From Minisyncoccota bacterium (GTDB taxonomy: Bacteria; Patescibacteriota; Minisyncoccia; Phycocordibacterales; Phycocordibacteraceae): a stretch of 64,000 bases of DNA. Where the stretch lies: contig DASPLI010000001.1 in the NCBI GenBank assembly GCA_035627655.1, positions 195,355 to 259,354 of the forward strand. Direction: 5' to 3'. The notes beneath the pieces were generated by a model. The model did no database searches. It saw only the letters and a program-made list of their open reading frames with translations, and was not told the origin of the DNA. Made by a program: the position numbers and the translations under genes. Every line of letters starts with the position of its first letter. Position 1 is the stretch's first letter. This document shows, piece by piece, positions 1 through 8,281 of the stretch.

Positions 1-654
1 AACGATCTCGGGCTTGCGGTGATTGCGGTAACCCTACTCGTAAAGATAGTTCTCATGCCGCTCTCCCTCTCCGCGGTAAAGACACAGAAAGCGATGAAAG
101 GGCTTGAACCTGAACTCAAGGCAATCCGGGAGAAATATAAAGAGCAGCCAGAAGTACAGGCGCGAGAGACCTTTGCGCTCTATAAGAAGTACAATGTAAA
201 ACCGTTTGCGAGCATTTTGATGCTCTTTGTGCAGATTCCGATCATTTTCGGGCTCTACTTCGTCTGTCAGGGTGCAGCACTTACCGCGCTTGACCCCTCC
301 CTCCTCTACTCGTTTATTCCAGTGCCGGAATCTATCTCTCCGCTGTTTCTCGGCATCTTTGCGGTGACCACCCCATCAATCGTGCTTGCGCTTGCGGCCG
401 CAGTAACACAGCTGGCACAGGCGTTCTACGCTATTCCTGTGCCGCCGAAGCCGGAGGGAACCCCAACCATGCAGGAAGAGTTCGGGCGCGCACTCGCGGT
501 CCAGGCACGCTTTATCCTCCCAGTCGTTATTGGCATCTTTGCCTATGTTGCTGGCGGCGCTATCGCGCTCTACTTCGTTGCCTCAAACGTCATGATGCTC
601 GCGCAGGAGTTTATCGTGCGCGGTACGCACAAGCCCCAGACGACTAGCGTCTAG
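1..654 (+). CDS. yidC: YidC/Oxa1-family membrane protein insertase, C-terminal part (5' end outside window)
   Basis: Frame is open from nt 1. Conserved YidC segment ...LSAVKTQKAMKGLEPELKAIREKYKEQPEVQARETFALYKKYNVKPF... followed by hydrophobic helices. Confidence 0.7.
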   Translation, partial: NDLGLAVIAVTLLVKIVLMPLSLSAVKTQKAMKGLEPELKAIREKYKEQPEVQARETFALYKKYNVKPFASILMLFVQIPIIFGLYFVCQGAALTALDPSLLYSFIPVPESISPLFLGIFAVTTPSIVLALAAAVTQLAQAFYAIPVPPKPEGTPTMQEEFGRALAVQARFILPVVIGIFAYVAGGAIALYFVASNVMMLAQEFIVRGTHKPQTTSV

Positions 655-1862
655 AGTTCGTACACCCAGAGAGAACCGTCCTTGCGGTTCGTGAACGTAA
701 GCGCAGTAGCATTCGGATCGATCGTGAGGCCGACTGCATCGATATCTACCTGCCCTACCGTCGAAGGATCGACAACCAATAGTGCAAGACGGCTCTCGAG
801 GTCTATCTTCCAAATACGATCAGAATACGAGATAACGCCCTGGTACCAATCATCTGGGGTCGTTCCAGAGAAGGATCGGGGTGCTGCACAGTAGACACTT
901 TGCTCGTTCGGCGCCCAGACGCATTTTTCAGGGAGGGTACCAAGCGGAATGACGGTTGAGATGCGGGTTGAGACATCAAGCATTTCTGTGCGCACGACGC
1001 TTCCAGAAAGGTAGCTGTAAAGAATGTATGAGCCTGACGGGCTTGGGAGCATGGTGAGGCCGCGCAGTGGTCCGAGCACGCGTTCAAAGACGCCGCTCGT
1101 ACCCCCGATAAGGAACCCGTAGCCATTTGCCTGTGCGGAAGCCTTCGTATAGGCAACATATCCTGGTCCTGCTGGCAAAATACGAAGCGACGAAAGGAGT
1201 GAGGTAAAGAGAGTACGTGGAGAGGAGCCATCAGGACGAGTAACGGTAGCGACAGATCCGTTTGCGTTTGGCAGAAGGGTGAGAAGTGTCGAGGTGCCGG
1301 TCACTGCCACATCGGAAAGGTCAGACTCAAGGAAGTAACCATCATCCCCCACGACCGGAAGCGCGAACGTTTCTACGTGAAGCTCTCCAGCATCTCCCTC
1401 GGCAAGAAAGCGTGCGTATGTGCGTGAGCCGTCAGAAAGCCACCGTGCTTCCATAACGCCGGGGAGTGTGCGGTTGGTGAGGCGGGTAAGCGTACGCGCA
1501 CCAAGTCGATACGAGTAAATGTGGCCACTCTGTCGCTCGATGTAGCGAATTTCCGTATCAATTGTGGGCGTGGTACTCCCCACTTCCCGTACCAGGAATA
1601 CTGCGACACCAACGGCTACCGGACCATCGGTAATTTTCGTGAGGTTTGGCGCAATTTGCTCTCCCGCGTTTCCGGAAGCTTCACCAAGCGGCGGAAGCTC
1701 GGCTTCGTTGATGGTCCCTGCTTCGTTAGAAGATCCAAAGAGATTCCCTGGCGTCTCTGTGGTAACCGCTGGTCCCTTGCCTGCAAAGAAGAGGAAATAT
1801 ATCGCAGCTCCGATGAGGAGAAGAGCGACTACGACACCGCCGATGATAAGAATTTTACGCAT
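651..1862 (-). CDS. hypothetical membrane-anchored secreted protein
   Basis: 403-aa ORF with an N-terminal TM anchor (ILIIGGVVVALLLIGAAIYFLFF) and a Ser/Thr/Gly-rich mature part. No recognisable catalytic motif. Confidence 0.45.
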   Translation of the reverse strand: MRKILIIGGVVVALLLIGAAIYFLFFAGKGPAVTTETPGNLFGSSNEAGTINEAELPPLGEASGNAGEQIAPNLTKITDGPVAVGVAVFLVREVGSTTPTIDTEIRYIERQSGHIYSYRLGARTLTRLTNRTLPGVMEARWLSDGSRTYARFLAEGDAGELHVETFALPVVGDDGYFLESDLSDVAVTGTSTLLTLLPNANGSVATVTRPDGSSPRTLFTSLLSSLRILPAGPGYVAYTKASAQANGYGFLIGGTSGVFERVLGPLRGLTMLPSPSGSYILYSYLSGSVVRTEMLDVSTRISTVIPLGTLPEKCVWAPNEQSVYCAAPRSFSGTTPDDWYQGVISYSDRIWKIDLESRLALLVVDPSTVGQVDIDAVGLTIDPNATALTFTNRKDGSLWVYEL

Positions 1863-1864
1863 AC

Positions 1865-2695
1865 CTATGGTGAGTCTATATCAGAGCAATATGGGACACT
1901 AGCAGTAAACGTTGTTATACGGGTACCCTCATTGACGCGACACTGATGTGCGAACTGGTATGAAGGTCGTTCAGTCGTCGTTTCTGTGAAAGCTGCGGAA
2001 CAGGACTCCTGATCATCATACGAGCCAAGCACCAGCTGTATACACTCATCACCTTCGCTAAAGTAATAGAGCAAGAAGCTGTACTCCCCCTGCGTCACTG
2101 GCACATTTCTATAGTGTTGCCCGTTTCCTATAGTTGCCGAATCATCATCATCCATTTGAGCGGCATTCGTACAAACATAGTAGCCATGACGCCCTGGATC
2201 TGCGCGGAATCCGTTATCCGTACAGCAGTAGCGAAGGTCCTCTGGAACCTGTCTTCCCTCCTCTATAACCCCACAACGGTCACGCGCTTCTTCGACCGTG
2301 GTGTCAAAGGACGCTTCCTGGATTTTCAATCCTTCAAGGTTGAGTGAGAGATTCAAGATTCTCGGATCAATGATGCCGAACACGATTGCTGGCGAGAGAA
2401 CCAGCACCAAGCCGAAGATCGCAGAGGTGATCATGTCTCGCACTTCTCCCTGCTGAAGCACTGACCCCTCCTGCATGATCGATTTGAAGCCGGCGCGAAT
2501 GATCTGGAAAATGGCGATGGTCGTTGCTGCGCCGATACATAGGCGGTACAGCATGTTGAAGAAATCTGGCAGCGAGCTGCTTGCTGCTGATTGAATTTCA
2601 TTGAGACCTGGGAGGCCAGTGAGCGGAATAAACTCCTGCGCGCTTACGATAAGCGGGCTTGCGGCAAGGAGCAGAATGGCGAGGTATTTATACAT
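1865..2695 (-). CDS. VirB2/TrbC-like pilin-like protein with C-terminal Cys-rich domain
   Basis: Signal peptide (LLLAASPLIVSA), then two hydrophobic helices separated by a short polar loop, which is the VirB2 pilin architecture. A C-terminal region of about 150 aa carries 12 Cys. Confidence 0.4.
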   Translation of the reverse strand: MYKYLAILLLAASPLIVSAQEFIPLTGLPGLNEIQSAASSSLPDFFNMLYRLCIGAATTIAIFQIIRAGFKSIMQEGSVLQQGEVRDMITSAIFGLVLVLSPAIVFGIIDPRILNLSLNLEGLKIQEASFDTTVEEARDRCGVIEEGRQVPEDLRYCCTDNGFRADPGRHGYYVCTNAAQMDDDDSATIGNGQHYRNVPVTQGEYSFLLYYFSEGDECIQLVLGSYDDQESCSAAFTETTTERPSYQFAHQCRVNEGTRITTFTASVPYCSDIDSP

Positions 2696-2697
2696 AC

Positions 2698-3654
2698 TTA
2701 GCGTCCGAAGATTCCGGTTGATCCGCTGCTAAAGCGGAGCGTCAGGCTGGTTTCCGCTCTCGCTTCCGGTCCAGTTGCCGTTATGCCAAGAAGCGCGGTA
2801 CCGCTTCCGCCAGTTGATCGTACGGTGACGTCAGGGCCCGTACCGCTTCGGTTTCCATTGAGCGTCCACTGCAGCGTCGGCGTGTTCTTGAAGAAGAACG
2901 GAAGTGCGCGGAAGGTTTCCTCTGCTCCCGCCAGGGTAAAGGTACCGGAAAGCGCATGGTCAAAATCAATACCTTCAAGCGGATCGGTTCGGTAGATGCG
3001 CACGATCGGGTCGACCGGAGAAATGTTCACGGTCGTCTGTGCAGAAATACTTTTCGATTGTGTAGTGGCCGTTACGGTAATGGTTGCGTCTCGGTATTGT
3101 GGGGGCGCGGAGGCGCGTAAGACATTTTTTCCAAGTCCGGACTCAGCTTCAAGAATCTGGGTACCAAGCTTCCAGGTGTAGACAATCTGCTCGTTCGGCA
3201 CGCGCGTTCCAGGCGCAGTACGAATATCCGCAAGCGCCACGATGCGCACCGATCCCTCGGACGGGACGAGGCTCGCGCCTTTATAAAGCGGATGATTGGT
3301 CGCTATAGGTTCGACAATGACCGATACGTCTGCAGGAGCGATCGTTGCCTGCTTGGTGAAGGTGCCTTCTGCCCCTTGAGCATTGACAGAAATGGTTGTT
3401 CTCGTGCCAGGCCCACCCATCTTTATTTGGGTGCTGCGAAGCCCCTCCTCTACAACGGAGCCGTTTGCAGAAATGGTAATCGTGCTTGCTGCAAGATCAA
3501 TGGCGTTACTGGAAACGGTGACCGTAACCATCTCATATGGGCGAGGATAGTTTGGGGAAATATTGATCGTTAGCGGGTCAGTGCTTACTTGAGCAGACGC
3601 AAATGATGGCGTCATGACGCCAATGAAGAGGATTCCGACTATGAGACGGAGCAT
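2698..3654 (-). CDS. hypothetical secreted protein (signal peptide; start trimmed to MLRLIVG)
   Basis: The six-frame ORF runs to 4011 but overlaps the upstream gene. The internal Met followed by a hydrophobic signal (ILFIGVMTPSFASAQ) gives a start that does not overlap. Mature part is Thr/Ser-rich and beta-rich. Confidence 0.45.
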   Translation of the reverse strand: MLRLIVGILFIGVMTPSFASAQVSTDPLTINISPNYPRPYEMVTVTVSSNAIDLAASTITISANGSVVEEGLRSTQIKMGGPGTRTTISVNAQGAEGTFTKQATIAPADVSVIVEPIATNHPLYKGASLVPSEGSVRIVALADIRTAPGTRVPNEQIVYTWKLGTQILEAESGLGKNVLRASAPPQYRDATITVTATTQSKSISAQTTVNISPVDPIVRIYRTDPLEGIDFDHALSGTFTLAGAEETFRALPFFFKNTPTLQWTLNGNRSGTGPDVTVRSTGGSGTALLGITATGPEARAETSLTLRFSSGSTGIFGR

Positions 3655-3682
3655 TACTACACAGTATAGCCTGGAGCGAGGC

Positions 3683-4513
3683 TTATTCGTATTCGTCGGG
3701 GATATCTCCACGACCCTGACGCCGCTCAAGCTCCTGTTCGCGCCTGCGCCTGCGAAGCTCAGCCAAATTCTGTCTGGCAGTTGCGTAGCGTCGGTGGAGA
3801 TCTTCCACATGGCTATCAAAGGTACCGCGGGTTGCCGGAGAATCGATGGTTGCACGCGGCGCCTCGGCAGCAATCGCCTGCATTTGGCCGCGAAGAGACC
3901 CAACACCTCCCTTCGCCTCCTCTTTGCTGACCTTCTTACGGCCATAGGCCACCTGTGCCGCCATACGGTTACTCCCTCGCTCGTACGCCCGGCCAAGCAT
4001 GCGGCCGGCAAGTCCGCCGGTTAGGCCACCAACCAGCCGACTATTGGCGACATTTGACCAGAATTTTCGTGCTCGGAGACGTTTTTCGAGCAGTTTGCGC
4101 TTCCCTACCGTGTCCTCGATACGGGTAGCGACAATCATAAGGACGACGCCTGCGGTAATGGCTGGGAGCGAGTTGAGAAACGGCACAAGGTCGATAACCA
4201 GGGCCGCAAAGATTGCCAAGAGCTTCATCGCCGCCTGTTTGCCGGTGAAGTAGTTGACCCGCTTTGTGGCAAACCATACGCCAAAGGTACAGAACGAGAT
4301 GATGCTCATCAAAAGCGGAAAGATAATGCTCGGAATGAGCCCGATGATGGGAATAAACACGAGGAGGCCAAACACGAGCTGGAAGGCGTCAAAGAGAAAC
4401 GCCACCCCTATCATCGTTCCACCCTCGATATTGGAGATGCGGAGCTGCGAGTCGGCATCATCACGGCCAGGATCTTCAAGTCTGGCGCCGGGTGCAAGGA
4501 CGGGTGCTGCCAT
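3683..4513 (-). CDS. hypothetical integral membrane protein (T4SS-associated by position)
   Basis: Three to four TM helices near the N-terminus and a basic C-terminal tail. Lies immediately upstream of VirB4. Confidence 0.45.
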   Translation of the reverse strand: MAAPVLAPGARLEDPGRDDADSQLRISNIEGGTMIGVAFLFDAFQLVFGLLVFIPIIGLIPSIIFPLLMSIISFCTFGVWFATKRVNYFTGKQAAMKLLAIFAALVIDLVPFLNSLPAITAGVVLMIVATRIEDTVGKRKLLEKRLRARKFWSNVANSRLVGGLTGGLAGRMLGRAYERGSNRMAAQVAYGRKKVSKEEAKGGVGSLRGQMQAIAAEAPRATIDSPATRGTFDSHVEDLHRRYATARQNLAELRRRRREQELERRQGRGDIPDEYE

Positions 4514-4516
4514 ACA

Positions 4517-6346
4517 CTACGCCTCCTTCTCCATCTCAAGACGCTGTCGTTCGCGTTTTATGGAAAGTAGCTGAGACGGATCTGAAGTGATGATTTGGTC
4601 CTCCGTGTAGGAAGCAACAATCTTAATCGCCACGTGCTTGAGGCCGGCAAAGAAGAGTCCCTCCCCTACCCCTGACTCAAGCAGAAGGAACTTCTCCTCA
4701 TCCGTGAGGTTGAAGATATCCATCAGGAGGTCGATGGTTGTCGGTGACTGTTTCAGAAGAAGCTGAATGGAGGAGTTCGTGAGAATTGGCTTTCCGTACG
4801 GACTGCGCAAGAAGTCTTCCACGTCCTGGGTAATCGTCGAGACGCCGAGATAGTACTTACGACCACGCTTTGCAAGGCTGTAGAGGAAGGAAGCGGTGTC
4901 TTCCGATTTCATCATCCACCACGCCTCGTCGATCACGAGTAGGCGCTTCTTGAGCTCATGTCGTACCGCGTTCCAAATGAAGTGCGTGACGATGTACATG
5001 GCGACTGGCTTCAACTCGTCTTCCATGTCGCGAACGGAGAACACGACGAACTGCTTCGTAATATCGACGTTCGTTGGCTGGTTGAGGAAGCCAGACCACG
5101 TACCCTTCGTATACTTGGACAAACGCTGAATGAGTGAAGCCGATCCTTCCATGCCGGAAAGCACGTTTTCAAAGTCTGAAAGCAGCGGAGCTTCGATGCC
5201 GGTGAAGTCCGCGTCCCCGGTAATGTCTTTGAGCGCATACGTCTCCGTAATGGCGCGGTCGACAATGGCATCTTCTTCAGGCGTCAGTCCGCCAAGCATG
5301 ATGCGGAAGAGGCCAACGAGGTTGATGATGTTTGAGCGGAGCACGTCGGACGGGTTTTCGTCCTCTTTTACCGGCGGCAAGTCAAACGGATTGATATGGT
5401 GCTCGCTTGAAAGCGAGATGTTGAACATACGGCCGCCTGTTGCTTCAGCAAGATATTCGTATTCACGCTCCGGGTCGATCACGATGACATCCGTCTCAAA
5501 CATCAAGGAGCGGAGAATCTCCAGCTTCACCGCATACGATTTACCGGAACCGGACTTTGCGAAGACGACGGAGTTGTAGTTTTCAAGCGAGAAGCGGTCA
5601 AACAGAATCAGAGATGCGTTGTGGCGGTTGATGCCGTAGAGAATGCCGCGGTCAGACGTGAGGTCGAACGAGACAAACGGGAAGATAGACGACAGCGGCG
5701 ACGAGTTGAGCTTGTTGTGGACTGCAAGCTCATCAAGTGCAAGCGGGAGTGTCGAGCGGAAGCCCTGCTCCTGCTGGAAGATTGCTGGTTTTGTAGAAAT
5801 GAGACGGGAGTCGAGAATGCCGCGCACATCCGCCTCAATCTTATCGAGCTCCTCCTTGGACGAGCCGTACATGGTGAGATAGAGGCCAACTTCAAAGAGC
5901 CGTTCTTGAGCCTGCTGCAGCTGGTCGCGAAGTGCTTCAAGGTCCTGATACGCGGTATCAAGCATGGGGTCGCGCACCAAACCTTTCTCTGTTCGTTCGC
6001 TGATCTGGCTCTGCACCTCGGCGACCTTCTTCTGAAAGTTGCGCAATGCCTCCCCTGTCTCAAGCGGATGAATGAAAATGCCGATATCGAAGACGCGCGC
6101 AAGGTTGATGATTGGCGTAAACCAGCTGTCCGTCAGATAGCGTGGATAGGAGATGGTGTAGAACGTGCGGGAAAGCTTTTCTCCAAGCTCGAGCTCGCGG
6201 GCAGATACCTTGAGAGCTGCTGGCGCGATGGTGTCGGCAAGCGTAAGGGTACCCTGGTTATAAATGTCCTGCGGTAATGCCGGAGCAATGACGGTTGAGG
6301 CCGTCGCCGGAGCTTCTTTCTTCTTGAAAAAGTCGAGTAGAGCCAT
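4517..6346 (-). CDS. virB4: VirB4/TrbE/CagE-family type IV secretion ATPase
   Basis: 609 aa. Walker A VFAKSGSGKSYAVK, Walker B LLVIDEAWWMM. N-terminus (FYTISYPRYLTDSWFTPI...DIGIFIHP) resembles Gram-positive PrgJ/TraE-type VirB4. Confidence 0.85.
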   Translation of the reverse strand: MALLDFFKKKEAPATASTVIAPALPQDIYNQGTLTLADTIAPAALKVSARELELGEKLSRTFYTISYPRYLTDSWFTPIINLARVFDIGIFIHPLETGEALRNFQKKVAEVQSQISERTEKGLVRDPMLDTAYQDLEALRDQLQQAQERLFEVGLYLTMYGSSKEELDKIEADVRGILDSRLISTKPAIFQQEQGFRSTLPLALDELAVHNKLNSSPLSSIFPFVSFDLTSDRGILYGINRHNASLILFDRFSLENYNSVVFAKSGSGKSYAVKLEILRSLMFETDVIVIDPEREYEYLAEATGGRMFNISLSSEHHINPFDLPPVKEDENPSDVLRSNIINLVGLFRIMLGGLTPEEDAIVDRAITETYALKDITGDADFTGIEAPLLSDFENVLSGMEGSASLIQRLSKYTKGTWSGFLNQPTNVDITKQFVVFSVRDMEDELKPVAMYIVTHFIWNAVRHELKKRLLVIDEAWWMMKSEDTASFLYSLAKRGRKYYLGVSTITQDVEDFLRSPYGKPILTNSSIQLLLKQSPTTIDLLMDIFNLTDEEKFLLLESGVGEGLFFAGLKHVAIKIVASYTEDQIITSDPSQLLSIKRERQRLEMEKEA

Positions 6347-6348
6347 AG

Positions 6349-6984
6349 TTAGTTGTTGTTGAGTCGGATTGGCGTCTCAAGCTCGCCGAGGTTAAACGAG
6401 CGATAGAGGAGCTCAATCACTTCTTCAGTGCCTAGTGCCACTGCGCGAACACCAGTCGCTGCGATACTTGCAGCAACAAGCGCCATGCGCTGCTCGAGTT
6501 GCACACGATGCTCGTCAAAGCTCCCTGAAAGTCCCTGCGTTGTTTGTGACTTCTTCCCTCCTCCGATAAATGGCACTGCCTTGGTGACGGCAACTGGTGC
6601 GGGATTGTACGGTACGACGAGATAAAAGATCTTCGTCATAATGTCCGATCCTTCAATAAAGTTTTTAACGAACTGAATGTACTCGCGTACCTGAATGTTC
6701 ATGAGCTCGGTCTTCTGCTTCCCTTCGCGCTCGGCAAGCAGTGCCAGGTAAGGCCGAATATCCATCTTCCGTGAGTGGACGACGATCTCAACCGTGAAAT
6801 CAAGTGTATTCAAAAAGGTCTGAAAGCCGCCGATGATCGCGCGCTGCTCATCTTCCGACTTGAGGGCGAAGTTGATGGACGAGCACATGAGGATGCCACG
6901 ATAACCGCCATCCTTAAGGATCACGATGCCATTTCTGACTTCTTGGACGGGAACAAAGGACTGTGTTGGTTTTGCGTCAGGCAT
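6349..6984 (-). CDS. VirB4 N-terminal-domain-like protein (separate ORF directly upstream of virB4)
   Basis: 211 aa, no TM. The segment VILKDGGYRGILMCSSINFALKSEDEQRAIIGGFQTFLNTL resembles the N-terminal domain of long VirB4/TrbE proteins. Its stop lies 2 nt before the virB4 ATG, in another frame. Confidence 0.45.
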   Translation of the reverse strand: MPDAKPTQSFVPVQEVRNGIVILKDGGYRGILMCSSINFALKSEDEQRAIIGGFQTFLNTLDFTVEIVVHSRKMDIRPYLALLAEREGKQKTELMNIQVREYIQFVKNFIEGSDIMTKIFYLVVPYNPAPVAVTKAVPFIGGGKKSQTTQGLSGSFDEHRVQLEQRMALVAASIAATGVRAVALGTEEVIELLYRSFNLGELETPIRLNNN

Positions 6985-6988
6985 AGGG

Positions 6989-7417
6989 TTATGGCTGCGG
7001 TGGCGCGGTATCTTTCACATCAAGCGACCAGGCAAGCTCCGACAGTTTCCGGCGGGACAGGCCCTCGTGCGGGAGCACTGATTCGGCGGGTGTTGGCGTC
7101 CTTTGAAGCGCTGGTGATGGGTTTGGTGTTACTGGCTTCTCTTCGCGCCTCCAGAGATACAGACGTCGACCGAGATAGTAGCTAAATGCGTATTCAAGGA
7201 TGTTCGGAAACGGTTTTCCGTTTACCTTGTAGAAAGCAAAGGCAGCAGCAAGTCCAGCAACCGGGATTGAAACAATGAGGCCGATCATAAAGGGTAGATT
7301 GAGCATGATCACGACCACCAGTCCCGCTCCGCCAGCGATATAAATGAATTGCTTGAGCGTCAAAGGACCAAAAATCTTGTCCTCTACTTCAATGAACTGT
7401 GGTACCTGATACTCCAT
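6989..7417 (-). CDS. PrgI/VirB3-like small T4SS membrane protein
   Basis: N-terminus MEYQVPQFIEVEDKIFGPLTLKQFIYIAGGAGLVVVIM followed by two TM helices, which is the PrgI-family signature. Confidence 0.6.
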   Translation of the reverse strand: MEYQVPQFIEVEDKIFGPLTLKQFIYIAGGAGLVVVIMLNLPFMIGLIVSIPVAGLAAAFAFYKVNGKPFPNILEYAFSYYLGRRLYLWRREEKPVTPNPSPALQRTPTPAESVLPHEGLSRRKLSELAWSLDVKDTAPPQP

Positions 7418-7447
7418 TAGTATCTAGTATACCAAGCATCTGCCTCC

Positions 7448-8281
7448 CTATTCGATAGGTTCGCGATATGGATCGCTTGCGTATGGCTTTGGAGTGGGCG
7501 GTGTCGGTTTTGGTGGCTGCGGAGTAGGAGGTTTTGGAGCAGAAACAGGCGGTGTTGGCGTTGGGGCCGAAGGAGGAACAGGTTTTGGCACCTCTGGCTT
7601 TTGCGGTGGCGGTACTGGTGGCGTTGGTGGAGTGTCTATGACTGGTTTTGGAGCTGGAGCGGCTTGTGGCTGCTGTTTGGGCGGTATAGGAGCGGTCGGC
7701 TTAGGTGTCTGAGTACTAACAGTAGAAGATGTTTGGGGTTTGGGCACGGGAGAAGCTGGAGGCTTTGCAGAAGAGGTTGCTGACGCAGGTTTTGGAGCCG
7801 CTAGCTTCTGAGGTGTTACCTCATGTTTGGGAAGCAGGTGATCTGGAGGAATAGGTCTAGGAGTCGTAGAAGCAGGCTTCGGTTGTGATTTAGGAGGTTG
7901 CGGAACTGGCGGAGCAGTTTTCGCCGGCGCAGTCTCTACTTCCCGCACCTCTTCTTTGGGAAGGGGAACTTCATACCCGTACACTACGGGTTTTTTGTAC
8001 GCTTCCAAGACATCTTTGGTTATGCGGTCTGCAATAGAAGCGGCCGTTGATTCCGGGAGAAAGGTTTTTAGCTCAGAAAGAACCGTGTTGGGCTGGATAA
8101 GACCAAGCAGGGCTGCGTACGCAACAGCGTTGAGCTGACTTCCGACTTGTGGGGTCAGGGTGTGGTCGAGCTCGATCGCAAGCACCGCATCTGTAAACAG
8201 GCCATCATCTAGAAACCGCTTTACTTCTACGGAAGCATGATCACGAGCTTTCTGGAGCTGTTCATTGGGAATCTGCATCAT
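7448..8281 (-). CDS. hypothetical protein with Pro-rich low-complexity C-terminus
   Basis: Globular N-terminal region of about 110 aa, then about 160 aa of P/T/A/K-rich sequence (PKPxxPxPP repeats). Confidence 0.5.
   Translation of the reverse strand: MMQIPNEQLQKARDHASVEVKRFLDDGLFTDAVLAIELDHTLTPQVGSQLNAVAYAALLGLIQPNTVLSELKTFLPESTAASIADRITKDVLEAYKKPVVYGYEVPLPKEEVREVETAPAKTAPPVPQPPKSQPKPASTTPRPIPPDHLLPKHEVTPQKLAAPKPASATSSAKPPASPVPKPQTSSTVSTQTPKPTAPIPPKQQPQAAPAPKPVIDTPPTPPVPPPQKPEVPKPVPPSAPTPTPPVSAPKPPTPQPPKPTPPTPKPYASDPYREPIE

Noticed and set aside
3655-4011. N-terminal 119 aa of the 2698-4011 ORF
   Set aside because: This extension overlaps the upstream 3683-4513 gene in another frame and is Arg-rich. 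The Met at 3654 is followed by a typical signal peptide, so the shorter gene model is preferred.
5621-6277. 218-aa + ORF (and the similar ORFs at 5130-5579 and 5608-6102 -)
   Set aside because: They lie inside or antisense to the secure virB4 gene. R/S-rich low-complexity translations are typical of wrong-frame reading of GC-rich DNA.
7494-7783. Gly-rich and Trp-rich small + ORFs
   Set aside because: Alternate-frame readings of the Pro-rich coding repeat (CCN codons read as GGN or TGG). Not independent genes.
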